Of a DNA stretch of 64,000 nucleotides, positions 27,773 to 41,759 are shown piece by piece. The stretch lies in assembly GCF_009914755.1 (NCBI RefSeq), contig NC_060934.1. The stretch is one strand, 5' to 3'. The notes beneath the pieces were generated by a model. The model did no database searches. It saw only the letters and a list, made by a program, of their open reading frames with translations, and was not told the DNA's origin. Both the position numbers and the translations under genes were made by a program. Within the stretch, counting starts at the first letter, position 1; the number at the start of each line of letters is the position of its first letter. The stretch comes from the human T2T-CHM13v2.0 reference genome, Homo sapiens.

Positions 27773-30700
27773 ATTTGATCCCTTAATAGTCAATGGAAGT
27801 GCTGTTATCTGCCATTTACAGAGGATGAATGTGACACTCAGAGGGATTGCCTCAGTTTCCCAAGGTTACACATTTGTTAAGTGACACTACCAGATTTTGA
27901 ATTCATATCTGTCTGGTTAAAAAATTGTGCCGTTAATACTATAACACCTGGTATCTGATTCTACAATCAAAAATTTATGCTTTTATTGATATGAAATTTG
28001 TATTGTTCTGGCTTAGATTCTTTACATACATACAATGCCATTTACTATTGTACCTCTCTCTCACCTGAAAGCTTATCAAATACTAGATTGTAAAAATTAT
28101 ATCCCCTAACTCATCACTATTCTTCTACAGGCAAACAATTTTAATTAATTGGTTTCTCTTTTAATTGTTGTTGTTATGTTAATATAAGCATAGATTGTGT
28201 CTTCAAATAACTACTATCTAGAAAAAAAATAGAAAATATCCTAGAGAGCCTTTCTATGTGGTATATCATAGGGTGATCACCTCACCTCTCTTGTGCAATA
28301 TTTATTAAAACAACCATTATTTGAAGCCTTATCGTACTTTTGAATCATGTCGAATAAATTGAATTTTTAACCTTATTTTATATTAACTACCATTTAACTA
28401 GCTTTCTCTATTCTGAATGTATTATGTTTTCAGCTTGAATGTGAAAGCTTGCAGTTAACACTTTTATGTTGTAAATATTAATTAGCAGTTTTAGATCTAC
28501 CAATATCTCTCTCAGTCTTTATTCTATCAAACTTAGTCAAGAAACCATCCAGATTTGTCTCTTCTCCAAGTAAAATAGTCTGTTATAACCTCACAAAATA
28601 ATTATCAATTGAAACAGGCTAAATATAGCATAGTAGTTAAAATACCCAAGTAGAGATTAATTCTAAATTATTCTTGAGTGTTATACTTTAAATAATGACT
28701 CAAATCTTATTAGAATGGCATGTAGCTTAGCGCTGTCTCATAAAAATATCTCAGAAACCATATCAAATATTTTGCTCAAATTTAGATTCACTATCATTAA
28801 TGTATTTCTAGAATAGAAATTGTATGCCAAATAGTGTTTTAAAAAACCATATATAGAAAGTAATTCATTATTTTTTAGAAACTGTACCTTCCTATAATAA
28901 CTATAGATATGACTGAATATATAATTGGATATAAATGAATATAAATTATCTAAAATATGTATCCTAAAATCTATCTGTGACTTATTTTAACATTACTGAC
29001 AAATGTTCTATACTATTCACACTGGTGTTATTGGGAACCTAACCATTTGCCCATCTTTAGCTTTTTGATTCCTCTCTTGTTCTCCCTAGCTCTGTAATGA
29101 TCACATTTTCCATGATTTAACCCCTAATCTATGAGTTCATACATTCAGATAAAGACGACAGGACTCATTTATAGTGATCAAGTCTCCTAGCAACTCTACA
29201 ATTATTTAAAAATTCAGATTCCTCTTATTATATTCATTCTCTCTATTCAGACAGAAAATACTATTTCTGCATAAAAAAAGAAAAATGCAAAATAGCAAAA
29301 GGTAAGTTTGAATCTGTCTTTGTTGTTAATCAGTCCTGAGCATCATACTTATTATTTTTGGGGAATTTCCAGAAACTTTCCAATTATGGAAGCAATATAT
29401 CATCAATGGAGAAAATTATCAAAATGAAGACATATAAAATTAAGACATCTCTAGGTATGTATGTACATAGGCATGTATGAAATTATTATATAGGTTTACA
29501 TTTATGCATAATGAGTAAATATTTAACATATAATTGGCATGTCTATATAATATCTTTGTAACTTCCTGATGACCACATAGGGTTGTTGTATTGGGCACAT
29601 GTACTATGATTTACTTAACTTTACATGTTTGACTAGACATTTAGATTATTTCCAAAAGATAAAATTTAAAAATAACACACTGAAATACAGATAGTTATTT
29701 CAGATTGTTCAGAAAATTAATTAAAATTATTATCTTACTATCTAGCAGTAAAACTATCAAAATTGGCTATCCTGTCATGTATTTATAGTTTATTTGAAAC
29801 TGTTTTTCAAATTGACAATGGTTTTTACTTTGAATTTTAAAGTAGTTAAAATGTCCTGTACAGTTAGTGAACAACATTGCCATTACATGCAACAGTCAGA
29901 GTCAGTTAACAGGCATTCAGTAGAACTTCAATATCTTAAATTGCAGTTTTTAAAAAATTATGTTTCTAAGTAATTTTGTCTTTTAGTCTCAAAAATTTTA
30001 ATGGAAAAAAAATTTAATGTTGATAATTTGGAGCCCAAGTAAGCAAACTGAAATAATACTTTACATGTGTTTAATAAGTACTGCATATTCCTTAACTTCA
30101 CAAAATATCTTCCTATGTAACCCATGTCATATGTTTTTTCAAACAGAAATGACAGTTTTTTTCATATTCAATAACAGTAGATCTTATCTCACTTGAGTAG
30201 GTGGCTCTAAATTTAAGAATAGCAGAAGGATACCCAACACATTTAAAAAAACGGGAATTTCAGGATCATCCCTTTGGACAGTTTGTAAAGATGTATTTAG
30301 TCTTGGGTTGGCAATTTTGTACATTCCTATTTCACTTGTTTAACTTTGTTGCAGTGAATCGCAGTATGACCACTGAAGCTTAAATATAAAAATGGATGTT
30401 AGGAAATAGCATGTTTTGAGAGAAAATGTTTGTTAAAATTGTGTAATTTGTTAGGAGCATATGATTCTCTTAATAGTAAATATAAATAAAGGGAATATGC
30501 TAGAATATTAGATAAAGTAAGAAATCCAAGAATAGTCCCAGGCTTCTGTAGTCTTCCGGGGAGTCTCTATTATCTAATTTCTGTTACCATGAACAAAACT
30601 TATTTTGGGACACAAATCTGGAAAGCCAATGCAAATATACCACAGTAATTATCTGAAAGGATCACAAAGCCAGATAAAGTTGAAAGTCTTAAAAAACACA

Positions 30701-32639
30701 AATGGCACAGTCTCCTTGCTGAGATTGCCAAGATAATAAAGACCCCTTCAGTTAGAAAGCTACAAAATGAAAATAATTCCTAAACACTTCTTTGATTTTT
30801 ACATTAATTATATATCCATTGGCCACATCCAATGTTTAGGCATTTTTACAACAACTGGAGATACAGAAATAACAAACTGAAACTAATTATTTTAGAGTCA
30901 GAGTCCCTAACATGAAGAAGCTTACCATTTAGTAAGGAAGATGTCATGGTACACAATTACTGCAACAAAGTATAATATATGCACCTACAATTTGAAAGTA
31001 GATTGGCAAGAAACATATAGGTGGAGAACCTAAACAATTATCTGGGCGTCAAGTAAAGCCTTTATGAGAAACTGGCGTCTAAGACAAGCTATACATTTTA
31101 ATATCTGTTTGGTGTGAAGAGAGAAAGTATAGTAGACACTGAGGAAGTAACTTATGAATAGGTTGAAACCCAGACAAAAAATCTGGTGTCTCTGAGCATT
31201 TTTCTGGTGTGTTGTAAGGGGCTTATTCCATATAACTTTGGGAAATTACTTCTTGAAACAGATCTTCTGTCTGAACTTATATTAGTTATCCAGGTCTATT
31301 TACTTATTTATTCATTTATTTATTTGGTATAATTGTATTCTAAGACTGGAATTCAACAACCTCTCTAAACCAGAAATCTCTGTGCTTATATTGGTGAATT
31401 TAAATCACCCAAGTGTAACTTTCTCTTTACCCATCATTCATTAGGCTGACGCTTAATGGAATTACACATTATTCTCAGAGAAATCTAAGTCAGAAGAGTG
31501 GATCTGAAAAAGATTGGAGAGAATAAGATTGTAATACAGAGAGCAGTGTGAAATAATAAAATTTGTTTGAGCACATTGGGAGTTAAAGTACTTCATTTTA
31601 ATAAATTAGAACTACCATTCCAAACATAGGTTGAAAGTAAATTTAAATTGCTTTAATTTATTCAAACCTTCTAAAATGGGATATGGATATGTAAGATTAA
31701 ATGAATGCGTTTTCAAAGGTTATTCATTATTAGATTTCATCCTGACGTTTATTCTGTTTAATCACAGAAAATTAGAAAGATTTTGTGTGACTCAGTTCAG
31801 AAAATATACCCAATAATAAGTTAAAAATAAAATTCATTTCAAAGGCACGGAAAATATAACATCAAGTTGGACTCTGCAAACGGCAGCCATTATTGTTTAT
31901 AAATATTATTCCTTTGTGTTAAGAAAGATGCTCTTTCACATGGAACAAAGACGTGTATGGTGGAAGTTCAATATTCTAACAAATAGAAACATATAATAAA
32001 AAGTAAGAATAAAGATATCCTCAAATATGTATTAATATTCTATTTTACTAGAATTATGTACACCTTATAGTTATTTGCAGAAAAAATGGTCTATAACTTT
32101 GAAGAAAAAAGAAGATATCCCAAAGAGTCTTGCTGTTGAAAGTCCATACCCAATAATTACATCTGGAGTGTCTACACATCTATATACCTGTATTGTTAAC
32201 CAGTTACAGGTTTCCATAATAAAATGGGCATGCACTTCAGTTCATTTTATGTAGCCACTGCATTTTATATACATTTCCTACTGATTCCAAAATACATTAC
32301 TATAGAAAAAAGGGTCAGGGAATTCCTATATTAAACAATTCCATATAACATTGCTTTAATCTGCATATTGCAAAGTTGTTTTCTGTATTTAATGCCTCCT
32401 AACTCAATCTTTGCACATTCACATTTGAAACAAGACAGACCTATTAGCACATTAATAAAATAAAATATTTATATTGTCAAAGTTTTACAATGAGTTTATA
32501 TTACTGTTACAATCAGAATATGCAACAAACTCCTAGAGCATGGGTTTCAATGTACAATTTTAATAAAAATATTTCGAAAAATATGACTATTGTGAAATAA
32601 CTTTATTACATATTTAAAATACCATGAGTCTGGCACAGA

Positions 32640-32950
32640 AATTTATTGACATTTTATATTTTAGTGGCTTACAGCAACAACAATTTCTTATTTCTCGTAA
32701 TTCTCTAGGCTTAGAATTGGTGTGGGAGGTGGCTAACTGGGTGGCTCCTCTGCTACCCATAGTAATGGCTGCATTCACACGCAGGACTAGCTTTATTTGG
32801 TGGTAGGGCTGAGCTTAACCTCCAAGAAAGCTTCAATCACATGACTGAATTCTCAGGGTTCCTCTGTATCCTCTACCTTCCTGTGCTATATTTCATTATT
32901 CGGCATCTAGCCAGAGCTTTCTGTTCAGCATGGCAGCTGGCTTGGAGCTT
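32640..32950 (-). mobile_element. Old MLT1-type LTR fragment
   Basis: 'ttagtggcttacagcaacaacaatttcttatttctc...catggcagctggctt'. Confidence 0.55.
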
Positions 32951-33849
32951 GACTTCTTAATAATAACATTTAAAACTTACTAGTTGTAGGTATTTTATAT
33001 ATGGTGAGATAACTATTAAGTAGAAGGAAAGCAAATGGTTTAGTGATTTTAAGAGACTTGAATTAGGATTCGGATGTTGTAGTTCAATTCTTCTCTCGTC
33101 CAAGGGCAATTCATGGCTTTCAGTTTCTCAAATGAACTAATTTTTCTCCAATATAGATCATTGCATGTAATTTTAATACTGGTCTATCAGTTTAGTCCTT
33201 GCTTAAGAGTTTGGAAAGCAACATTTAAAACAAATTACCAGCTGGAAATTTCTACTTAAGGATTAAAATTTGTTTTCATCATTTCTAAAATTTATGTATC
33301 AGAAGTCAGTGTCTTCCCTTGATGACACTAGGATCACCTTGCTAAATGAACTGATGCGCTCAACTGCTAGGGCTACTTACTGTTTCGTTTAAAAGATTTA
33401 TGGGTCTTGGGATTTATCTGGAGGATATTATACTCAAGTAGTTGTTTTGGGCTTCACAGAAGTTTGATATAATAAGATTAAATAAAACATAGCAAAAACT
33501 TATAATCTAGGAAATATATACAAACTATTAAATTTGTTTTTTGTTTTGCCTTTTTAAAGCATTTTCTTTATTGCTTCATATTTAATGAGTTTACATATGA
33601 AGCTATGAAAGGCAAATATAAGCATGCTTTCTCAGAGGCTCATCAGAGGCTAGAAAACTCTTAATTTTAAATAAATTATTCTAATTATGTACATGCTTTA
33701 ATAATGTGGTTTATGGTGCAGATCATATATTAAGTAAAATCAAGCTTTAAAAAATTTTTTCCATATTATTTTGGACTATAGTTTCTGAAATGATGCTAGC
33801 CAATGATTAATCTTAGGAGTTCTTAAGGTAAGTAAATAAATAACCAAAA

Positions 33850-36800
33850 CAGAACACGTGGCATACTTCTTAAAAAATTTCATGAAGACACAAACAAACC
33901 TCCCAAGGAGAGGTAGATAGTCATATCTATTAAATTACATTGAATTCCTAGTTAGAAAACTTCCAACAAAAATAACTTCAGATCCAGATTTCTTTTTCCA
34001 GTGGCAAATATCTATTAAATAGTTAAGGAAGAAGTAATGCTCATTTTCCACAATATCTTTCAGAGATTAGAAGAAGAAACACTCTCGACTCATTTTATGA
34101 GGACAGCATTTTCCAAATTATTAAAAGATGTTACAAGAGAAGAAAAATACAACCTCAAATCTCTCATGAACATGTATAAAAAAATTCTCAACATAATTAG
34201 AAAACTAAATTCATGAATAAAAAAAGGAAAGGAGGGGTAACCCAAGGAAAAAAATAGATTTATTAAACATTTTAAAATTGATGACTATCACCCACCATAT
34301 TGGCAGATCAAAGAATGAAAACTTATCTAAATAGGTGCAGAAAAGGCATTTGATGTTATTCATCATCAATTCAAAAATAGTAACCCTTGGAAAACAAAGA
34401 ATCTAAGGCGATTTCTTTAACTTGGTTAGAGGTATTCACAAAAACAGAAACACACACACGCACACACACACACAAAACAAACAAAAGCAAGACCTAAAGC
34501 TAACTCATATAATAATTGAAAAATGAAATGATTTTGCTATTTCCCTTTCAGGTTCAAAACCATGCTTCTACTCACATCATGCAGAAAGTCTTCACCAGTA
34601 TAAATAAAGCTAGCAAAAAAAGAAGGCATGCAGACTGGAAAGAAATAAATTTTGCCTATTACCATTATGACATGACTGCTACATAGAAACCACTGAAGAA
34701 TTAGAAAAAAACTGAAAAATTATAATTAATCAATTCAAAATATTTGCTCTGCAAAAGACACTGACAACCAAAAGACCAACCTCAGATTTAGAGACTGTAC
34801 ATGCAAATAACCTTTCTAACAAATCAATTGTATCTGGAATACCTCAACATCTTTTAAAACTCAGCATCATAATAAGAAACAATCTAATATAAAGTGTGGA
34901 AAAGATCTGAAAAGGTGCTTCACCAAAGAGGATATACTAATGACAAATAATTATATAAAAGATGGTCAGCATCATTAGTCATCAGGGAATGTATACCCAA
35001 ACTCAATGAGGTACTACCACAACACACCTATTAGAATTACAACATACAAGTAAGACACCTGATAATTCCAAGTTTTGATGAGAACACAGCCAATCCTCAA
35101 CTCTCATACTTTGCTAATGGGAATGCAAATAACACACTTTGCAAAGCAGTTTGGCAGTTTCCTATATAGTTAAACATACATCTATCATGTAATCCAGGGA
35201 TTCCCCTTCAAGAAACGTTAAAAACTAATGTTCAGCCAATATCAGCATGCAAATGTTTACAGCATATTTATTTATAATCTCCAATAACTGGAAACATTAT
35301 AGTTCTCTTTAAGCAGTTTATAGAGAAGCTTCCATACCGTGGCATACTACTCGCCTATAGAAAGGATAAGAAAATACTGATTTTCAAGACAATGCTAATG
35401 AATCTTAAACATATTTAAGTGAAATAATCCACATCCAAAAGGCAACTTGTTGTATAATTCCATTAGTATGATACTCTAGAGTAAGATAAGCTATAAGAGG
35501 GAGGCTGAATATTAAGAGGAATCAGGAGATTTTGGCAATGATGGAAGTAATCTATGTGAAACTATGATGGTAAATATATGACTTTGCGCATTTGCCAAAA
35601 TCCACAGAACTGTACACCACAGAGTAAACTTTATACTGTATATAAATAAAGCTGTATGTAAATTTATTCTAAATGATAAAATTATATGTAAAATTAAAAA
35701 AAATCAACCAGGATATCAGGATAATTTAGATTGGACACAGACTTTGACAAATCTAACTGTAGAAAAATGAATTGTATAAATAGCACTTCTTACCTGTTAT
35801 CTATTAATATCTAAAATAACAGCTTGTTTTTCTTTTTATATATATATGTATTTATTATACTTTAAGTTCTAGGGTACATGTGCACAATGTGCAGGTTTGT
35901 TACATATGTATACATGTGCCATGTTGGTGTGCTGCACCCATTAACTCGTTAATTTGTCTTAAAAGATAATCTTAGAATTTCTATAAATCACCCATTTTTA
36001 GTTATGTAAAGCATAAAAGTATTTTTAAAATTGAATATGCTTCCAATACGCCACAGGAATAGGTTTGATTTGACAGATTTGTCAAGTAGACAAAGGACAA
36101 ATATTTTCATTTTATACAAACAATTTATGCTGTAAATATATTCATTATTGTGTTCATAATTATATGTTGCTCTCTCAAGGCATTGGTCTTGTTAAGCATA
36201 GGGAAAAACAATAAAATATATGAATTAAAAAAATAAATAAAATAAAATAAAACAAGAAAAAGAAAAATGAATTGTATAACTACAGTAAAACATGTGGGGA
36301 AGAATGGTGCTAACCTAAGTAACTTTGCAAAACAGTGTTTAACTGGCTATTGCAGGGCTAAAACCAAAAAGATCTTTACACAAACACTGTATTTTAGTAG
36401 TTAAATTTTTTTTTAGTAATGAATTTATATGTATGCTAGGGTTGATCATGTACATAAGTATGTTGTATGTAGTGAGAAAATAGTTTCTCTATGTCAGAGA
36501 TAGAAGTTACAAATAAAGGAGGAAAGCTAGAGTGTACTCTGTAATGTTGGATTGACTTTGAAGTTAACTACAAATATAATTGTGTGTATATATGTGTATA
36601 TATACACATGCACATATATATACATATATACAGACTGAAAGATACAAAACAAATATAGATGCATGTGGATATGCAATACTTAGCAATATTAGCATATATA
36701 CATAGTATATATACATAATTTTCAGCAAATATGTGCAATGAGCAAAACTAATTGAATAGATACCAATTTGCAATCAAATAAATCAGACCTCTGCCAAGAA

Positions 36801-36940
36801 CATGTTGATTCCAAGACCAGGGCAGAGACAATATGAGTTACAAGGTGACCTTGAAACATGTTATGATTACTTGAAGAAATGATCAGAAAAAATAAATATA
36901 AGGATATAATCATAACAAGGATCATAGAAGCCACTCTTAA
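33850..36940 (+). mobile_element. Old L1M ORF2/3' remnant hosting a transduction insert
   Basis: 'actcattttatgagg', 'gcagaaaaggcatttgat', 'ctcatactttgctaatgggaatgcaaa'; boundaries approximate. Confidence 0.75.
35780..36260 (+). mobile_element. L1-mediated insertion: inverted L1PA 3' end, non-L1 sequence and A-tail, flanked by a 19-bp TSD
   Basis: agaaaaatgaattgtataa at 35761-35779 and 36261-36279; antisense L1 3' end at about 35826-35949. Confidence 0.88.
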
Positions 36941-36948
36941 AGAGCTCC

Positions 36949-37356
36949 TGTATTTGGTTTCACGACTATATAAAGAAATACCTGAGACTGGCTCATTTAT
37001 AAAGAAAAGAGGTTTAATTGGCTCATGGTTCCACAAAATGTACAGGAAGCGTGGAAGCATCTGCTTCTGGGGAGGCCTCAGGGGGCTTTTAGTCATAGTA
37101 GAAGACAAAGCCAGAGCAGGTATCTTCATATGGCTGGAGCAGGAGGAAGAGAGATGGGGGCAGGTGCTGCACACTTTTAAACAACCAAATTTCATGAACT
37201 CACTATTGTGATGACAGCACCAAGGGGGATGGATGGTGTTAAACCTTGAGAAACTACCCCCATGATCCAATCACCTCCTACCAAGCCCCAGTTCCAACAC
37301 TGGAAATTACAGTTGATCATGAAATTTGGGTTGGGACACAGATCCAAACCACATCA
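36949..37356 (-). mobile_element. MSTA/B MaLR solo LTR
   Basis: 'tgtatt...gggacacagatccaaaccacatca'; TSD gctcc/tctcc. Confidence 0.88.
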
Positions 37357-39967
37357 TCTCCCAATATCCAAAGCTGGAATAATTATTTTATCATTGATAA
37401 CACCCCTTTCTTATTACCCTCTTTGCATTCAGGAAAGAACTATTATTCGATATAACCATAAAAATGGTTGAAGGCTATTATTCGGTCTAACCATAAAATA
37501 TTTAACTTCTGCATGTAGATTCATTTAACAAATATTTATTATGTATTCATGCACTTATCACTGTTCTAGGAAAGAGGACTTATAATTTTTTAAAAAGGTT
37601 AAAAATATTGCCTTCATGGAACATACATTTTAGTCATCAGGCATTAACAATTAAAAAAATGTTAAATAATGTACAGTTCTAAAATGATGCCCATGCATTT
37701 AATCAAAAAGTTGAATTCACATTCTTCATAAGACTCATGTTTTGTTCATAGTGCCAAAGCATCCATTCCTGAAAGAATTTTGTTAAGTGTAGTGTAAATT
37801 GTTTATCTAGACAGTTCTAAACTTAACTATTTAGAGAACTTACATTAATGTAGGTTTGGAAGATCTTCCGATTTAACTTAGCCTAGATCTGTGGTGTCTG
37901 AAAGACCATCCCCATACAATTCTGATTCTTGCAAACAAATTACTGTCCGAGACAAAACAGGATGAACTTATTCTGCACTTAAATAAGGTGAAGATTGAAG
38001 ACTTACTTCCCTTCAGAGATTGTGAGTAACAGAGAAGATAAAGGGTGTGGAGTTCAGATAGATAATAGCTTGAACTAGGTGAGCTGAAGACTGGGCTAAG
38101 TGAATATTGATACAAGTTAAGAATATTATTGTATTTGAAGTTGTTTTCATTACCTGAAAATGGGTACATATTTAATAATTTTTAATCACTTTTGTACACA
38201 AGTTACAAAATCTCTCATATATTGTCATATAAAAGATGAATCATGTTGCTTGGCTAAACTGGAAAGAAAGAAGTAATATGTTTTGAGGTGAAAGTTGCAC
38301 CTTCCCATTGGATGGTGAAAATCCAATGGGAATTTGCTGAAATCTTGGGAAGTCTGTGTGGTCTACCTCAGGCCATGATGCTGAGTTTCAGAGAATAGAC
38401 TGGATATAATTTTCTCAGATAAGGATTGACAGTGAGGCCCCTGCTCACAGTTAAGTTATAGTTGTACATAAATCTTATTTCTGGAAAAAATATTTATTAA
38501 AAATCATTAATTCTGCAACATCACAGAAACTTGGCTAAAAATATAGAAGTATAATTCCTCTAACCTGACAGGACAGAATGACAGCAATAGCAAATGAGTT
38601 AAAATTATAATTTTCTTTTAATTTTCTATGTAAACTGATCCTAGATTCATGTTCAACATTTATACTAAACTCACCACCTATGCAAACACAATATCACACT
38701 GTTGGAAGTTAGGAGTACATGAGTATTTTTTATGTTATATTTTTATGTTAATACTGATTTACCAATTTATTTCTGGGACAATATAATTTCAGTCATGAAC
38801 CATGACCTTTATGTCTCTGACAACTGTGACTTTTTATATTATGCATTTCTGAATTATTCAAAATTTAATTGCTGTTTTCCAGTATAACTCATCTAAGAAC
38901 TAAACTATTATATCCATATTATCTATATAAATTATCTGAGTTAATTTTAGAAACTAACATATATACATGCTATTTGCAGGTAAGGAGCTAAAATATACAT
39001 GGCATTTCTAGTTAAGAAATTGTTTTTGACATTTTCAATTGATAATAATACTCAGTCAAAAATATTTTCTAAATAAATGAAAATATAAAGAGAGGCTGCT
39101 TGGTAATGTCATTATGAATTAATTTTATTTTGGAAAACAGATTATGTATCCTTGAAAATCTAATTTATAATGGTTAAGGGAACAAACACTTTAATTATCT
39201 GGCTCTTAGTTTTGATTTGTAACATCAAGGGAGATATGTCTAATTGTATTTATCCATGATTCGCATTGCTTACATAATTTTTCAATGGAGACTTCTAGAA
39301 AGACAAGATATTTAAATCTCTACATATTCAATTCTCAGCATGAAATAAACACCTTTTGTCATTAACTGACAATTGAGAAATGTTTCTTATATTAATCCAT
39401 ACATACCGTATCTCTTAAATTTGCCTGGAGTGTGATTCTTCAGTATGAATGAGTCAAGCAATAATGACATATACCATCCTGTGATTATCTGAAGCCATTT
39501 TTTTCTTCTTGTTCATCTTATGTTCAATAAGAGTGGTCTCTATCTTGACATAAGATAGGCCATTCACCATGTTTAGAATGTGCTTAAAAATTCACTCCAC
39601 TTTTTCCTATGCGTATAAACACCCTTATTAGAGTTTACTACAGTAAATTCTTTTTTTCCCCAGCTGTTTTGACAGAATAGGAGGCAACATCATGGCAAAG
39701 CTGATATTGGTCTTTGTGGAAGATTAATTGGTAGATAAGATTTAAATATGATAATATGTTGAGTTTATTTTTGTCTTTGTCCAGAAAATGATTATACTCA
39801 TTTTCTTTTCATCTTTAAAAACATCTATTGCTTCAATGTACAACTAATTATAAATATGATAAAATTTCTTGTAAGATACAAGCATCTCATTTTTTATGTG
39901 CTGCTTTCAATAGTTTCGTGAGCATATTTCCACAAGCATGTTTGGCCTATAATTTTTTATGTCTTTC

Positions 39968-40185
39968 TGTTTTAGTTCATTTTCTCTTTCTTATAGCAGA
40001 TACATGAAACTGGGTAATTAATGAAGAATTGGAATTTATTTCTTATGGCTATGGAGGCTAGGAAGTCCTAGGTTGAGGGGGCCCATCTGGTGAGAACCTT
40101 CTTGCTGGAAGGGACTCTCTGAAGAGTCCCATGATAGCAAAGGGCATCATATGGCAAGGGTGCTGAGCATACTAACATGCTAGCC
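39968..40185 (-). mobile_element. MST-type LTR fragment
   Basis: 'tggaggctaggaagtcctaggttgagggggcccatctggtgagaaccttcttgct'. Confidence 0.75.
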
Positions 40186-40189
40186 CTAG

Positions 40190-40575
40190 TCAGACTAGAA
40201 CTAAAATTTTTATAGCAATTATAGAATTTTAAAACTGGCATTATTCTGAAGCACCACCCAATTTCAGCCACTTAGAGCAAACAAACAAGATGTAAGACTG
40301 ATATCTCACATCTTTATCCCTTTGTGTGGAAATGTGGACATGGAAGAGGAGACCAATGCTACGTGAGTCATATTAGAGAATTAGGAAAAGGAAAACAAAA
40401 ATTGGATTTATCTTTATTTTAGCTTGCTATTTTGTTTATTATAAATTTTTGCATTAATTTTGGTATTTCAGAATACTACATTTTAATATTTATCTGGATT
40501 ACTAAGTATTTTGGCAATCCTTTAAAATTTGCACCCAAGTCAAGTGCCTAATTTGCCTTACCCTAAATCTGAATC
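40190..40575. mobile_element. Possible hAT-Tip100 (MER96-like) remnant
   Basis: End motif 'tttaaaatttgcacccaagtcaagtgcctaatttgccttaccctaa'. Confidence 0.45.
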
Positions 40576-40621
40576 TAATAAAGTATTTCATAAAGACTAA
40601 AAAGTAATGAGTTCTGGATTA

Positions 40622-41015
40622 TTCTGATACCAAAACCAAAAAAAGACATCAAAAGAAACAAAAACTACAGGCCAATGTATCTTATTAATATTGATGAAAA
40701 CATGTTCAACAATACAAAAAAAATTTTACAACATGAAAATTATAATATACCCCAACGTTGATTTAACCTCTTAAGATCAACTAATTAAATATATCATATT
40801 AATAGAAGAAATGACAAAAACGATCATCCCAATACACACTGAAAAAAGTGTTTTACAAAACCAATAATTCTATTTTGTGATAAACACACTCAATTAATTA
40901 GGGACAGAAGTCTGTTTCCTCAACATAAAAAGTAGTTACATAAAATCCACAGATAACATCACACTTAAGGGTGAAATATTAAATGCTTTTCCCTAAGATC
41001 AAGAATAAGATATGA
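40622..41015 (+). mobile_element. Old L1 ORF2 fragment
   Basis: 'ctgataccaaaacca...aaaactacaggccaatgtatctt...ccctaagatcaagaataaga'. Confidence 0.75.
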
Positions 41016-41759
41016 ATGGTTAAGCATATAATTTCTAAAACTTTAGTCACAAGTTGTTTTATTTCTAAAAATACTGCTAACTGCAGTTGTACACCCATGC
41101 AATCAATCAATAACGCTGGAATTTAATAGGAAAGAAAACTCTGAGATGGTTTAAAAAGAAATTAGACAAGACAAACCTTTAAGAAGATATCAAACAAATT
41201 GAGAAGGACATGTTGAAAAAATATAGTATTAGAGGTAGCATATATTCAGCGAAAAAAAAAAAACAGATGACAAAATAAAAGTTCTCATTAAAAAAGTTTC
41301 TGTCTTTTCCAAAACAAATTTTGGGTGACAGGTGCTTTTATCTGATGTTTTATTCTGTTTATTTTCTAGGTTAACTCATCTTAAATCATCTGCTGCAAAC
41401 TATATTGGCTACAAAGTGATGTTTTAAGCTTAATTTAGAGAGACCTGAATTTAAATTATGACTATATCTTTGTGAATATATGGTAGAAGTGTAACTTATC
41501 TTCTTTCAAACTCAGTATTCCGACCTGCAAATAGGTCACAAATTAGCCATTAGCAAATGATCATCAACGATATACTTGGTGCTGTGTCATCACTCTTTTT
41601 GGCAGTGATAATCCAAGGATAAAAAAAATCCATGGAGAAATTCAGTCTATGTAGAATATCTATCTTACTAGTGAAAATAAGCTGGCTTCTCCAGCTGGTT
41701 TCATCTTTTTCCTTTCTGTAATAAGGAAATCCTGCCATAGCTTACCCTAAAATACACTG

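Noticed and set aside
36722-37270. 182-aa ORF, the longest non-RT ORF
   Set aside because: Reads through an MST LTR into old L1 sequence; no recognisable domain or splice context.
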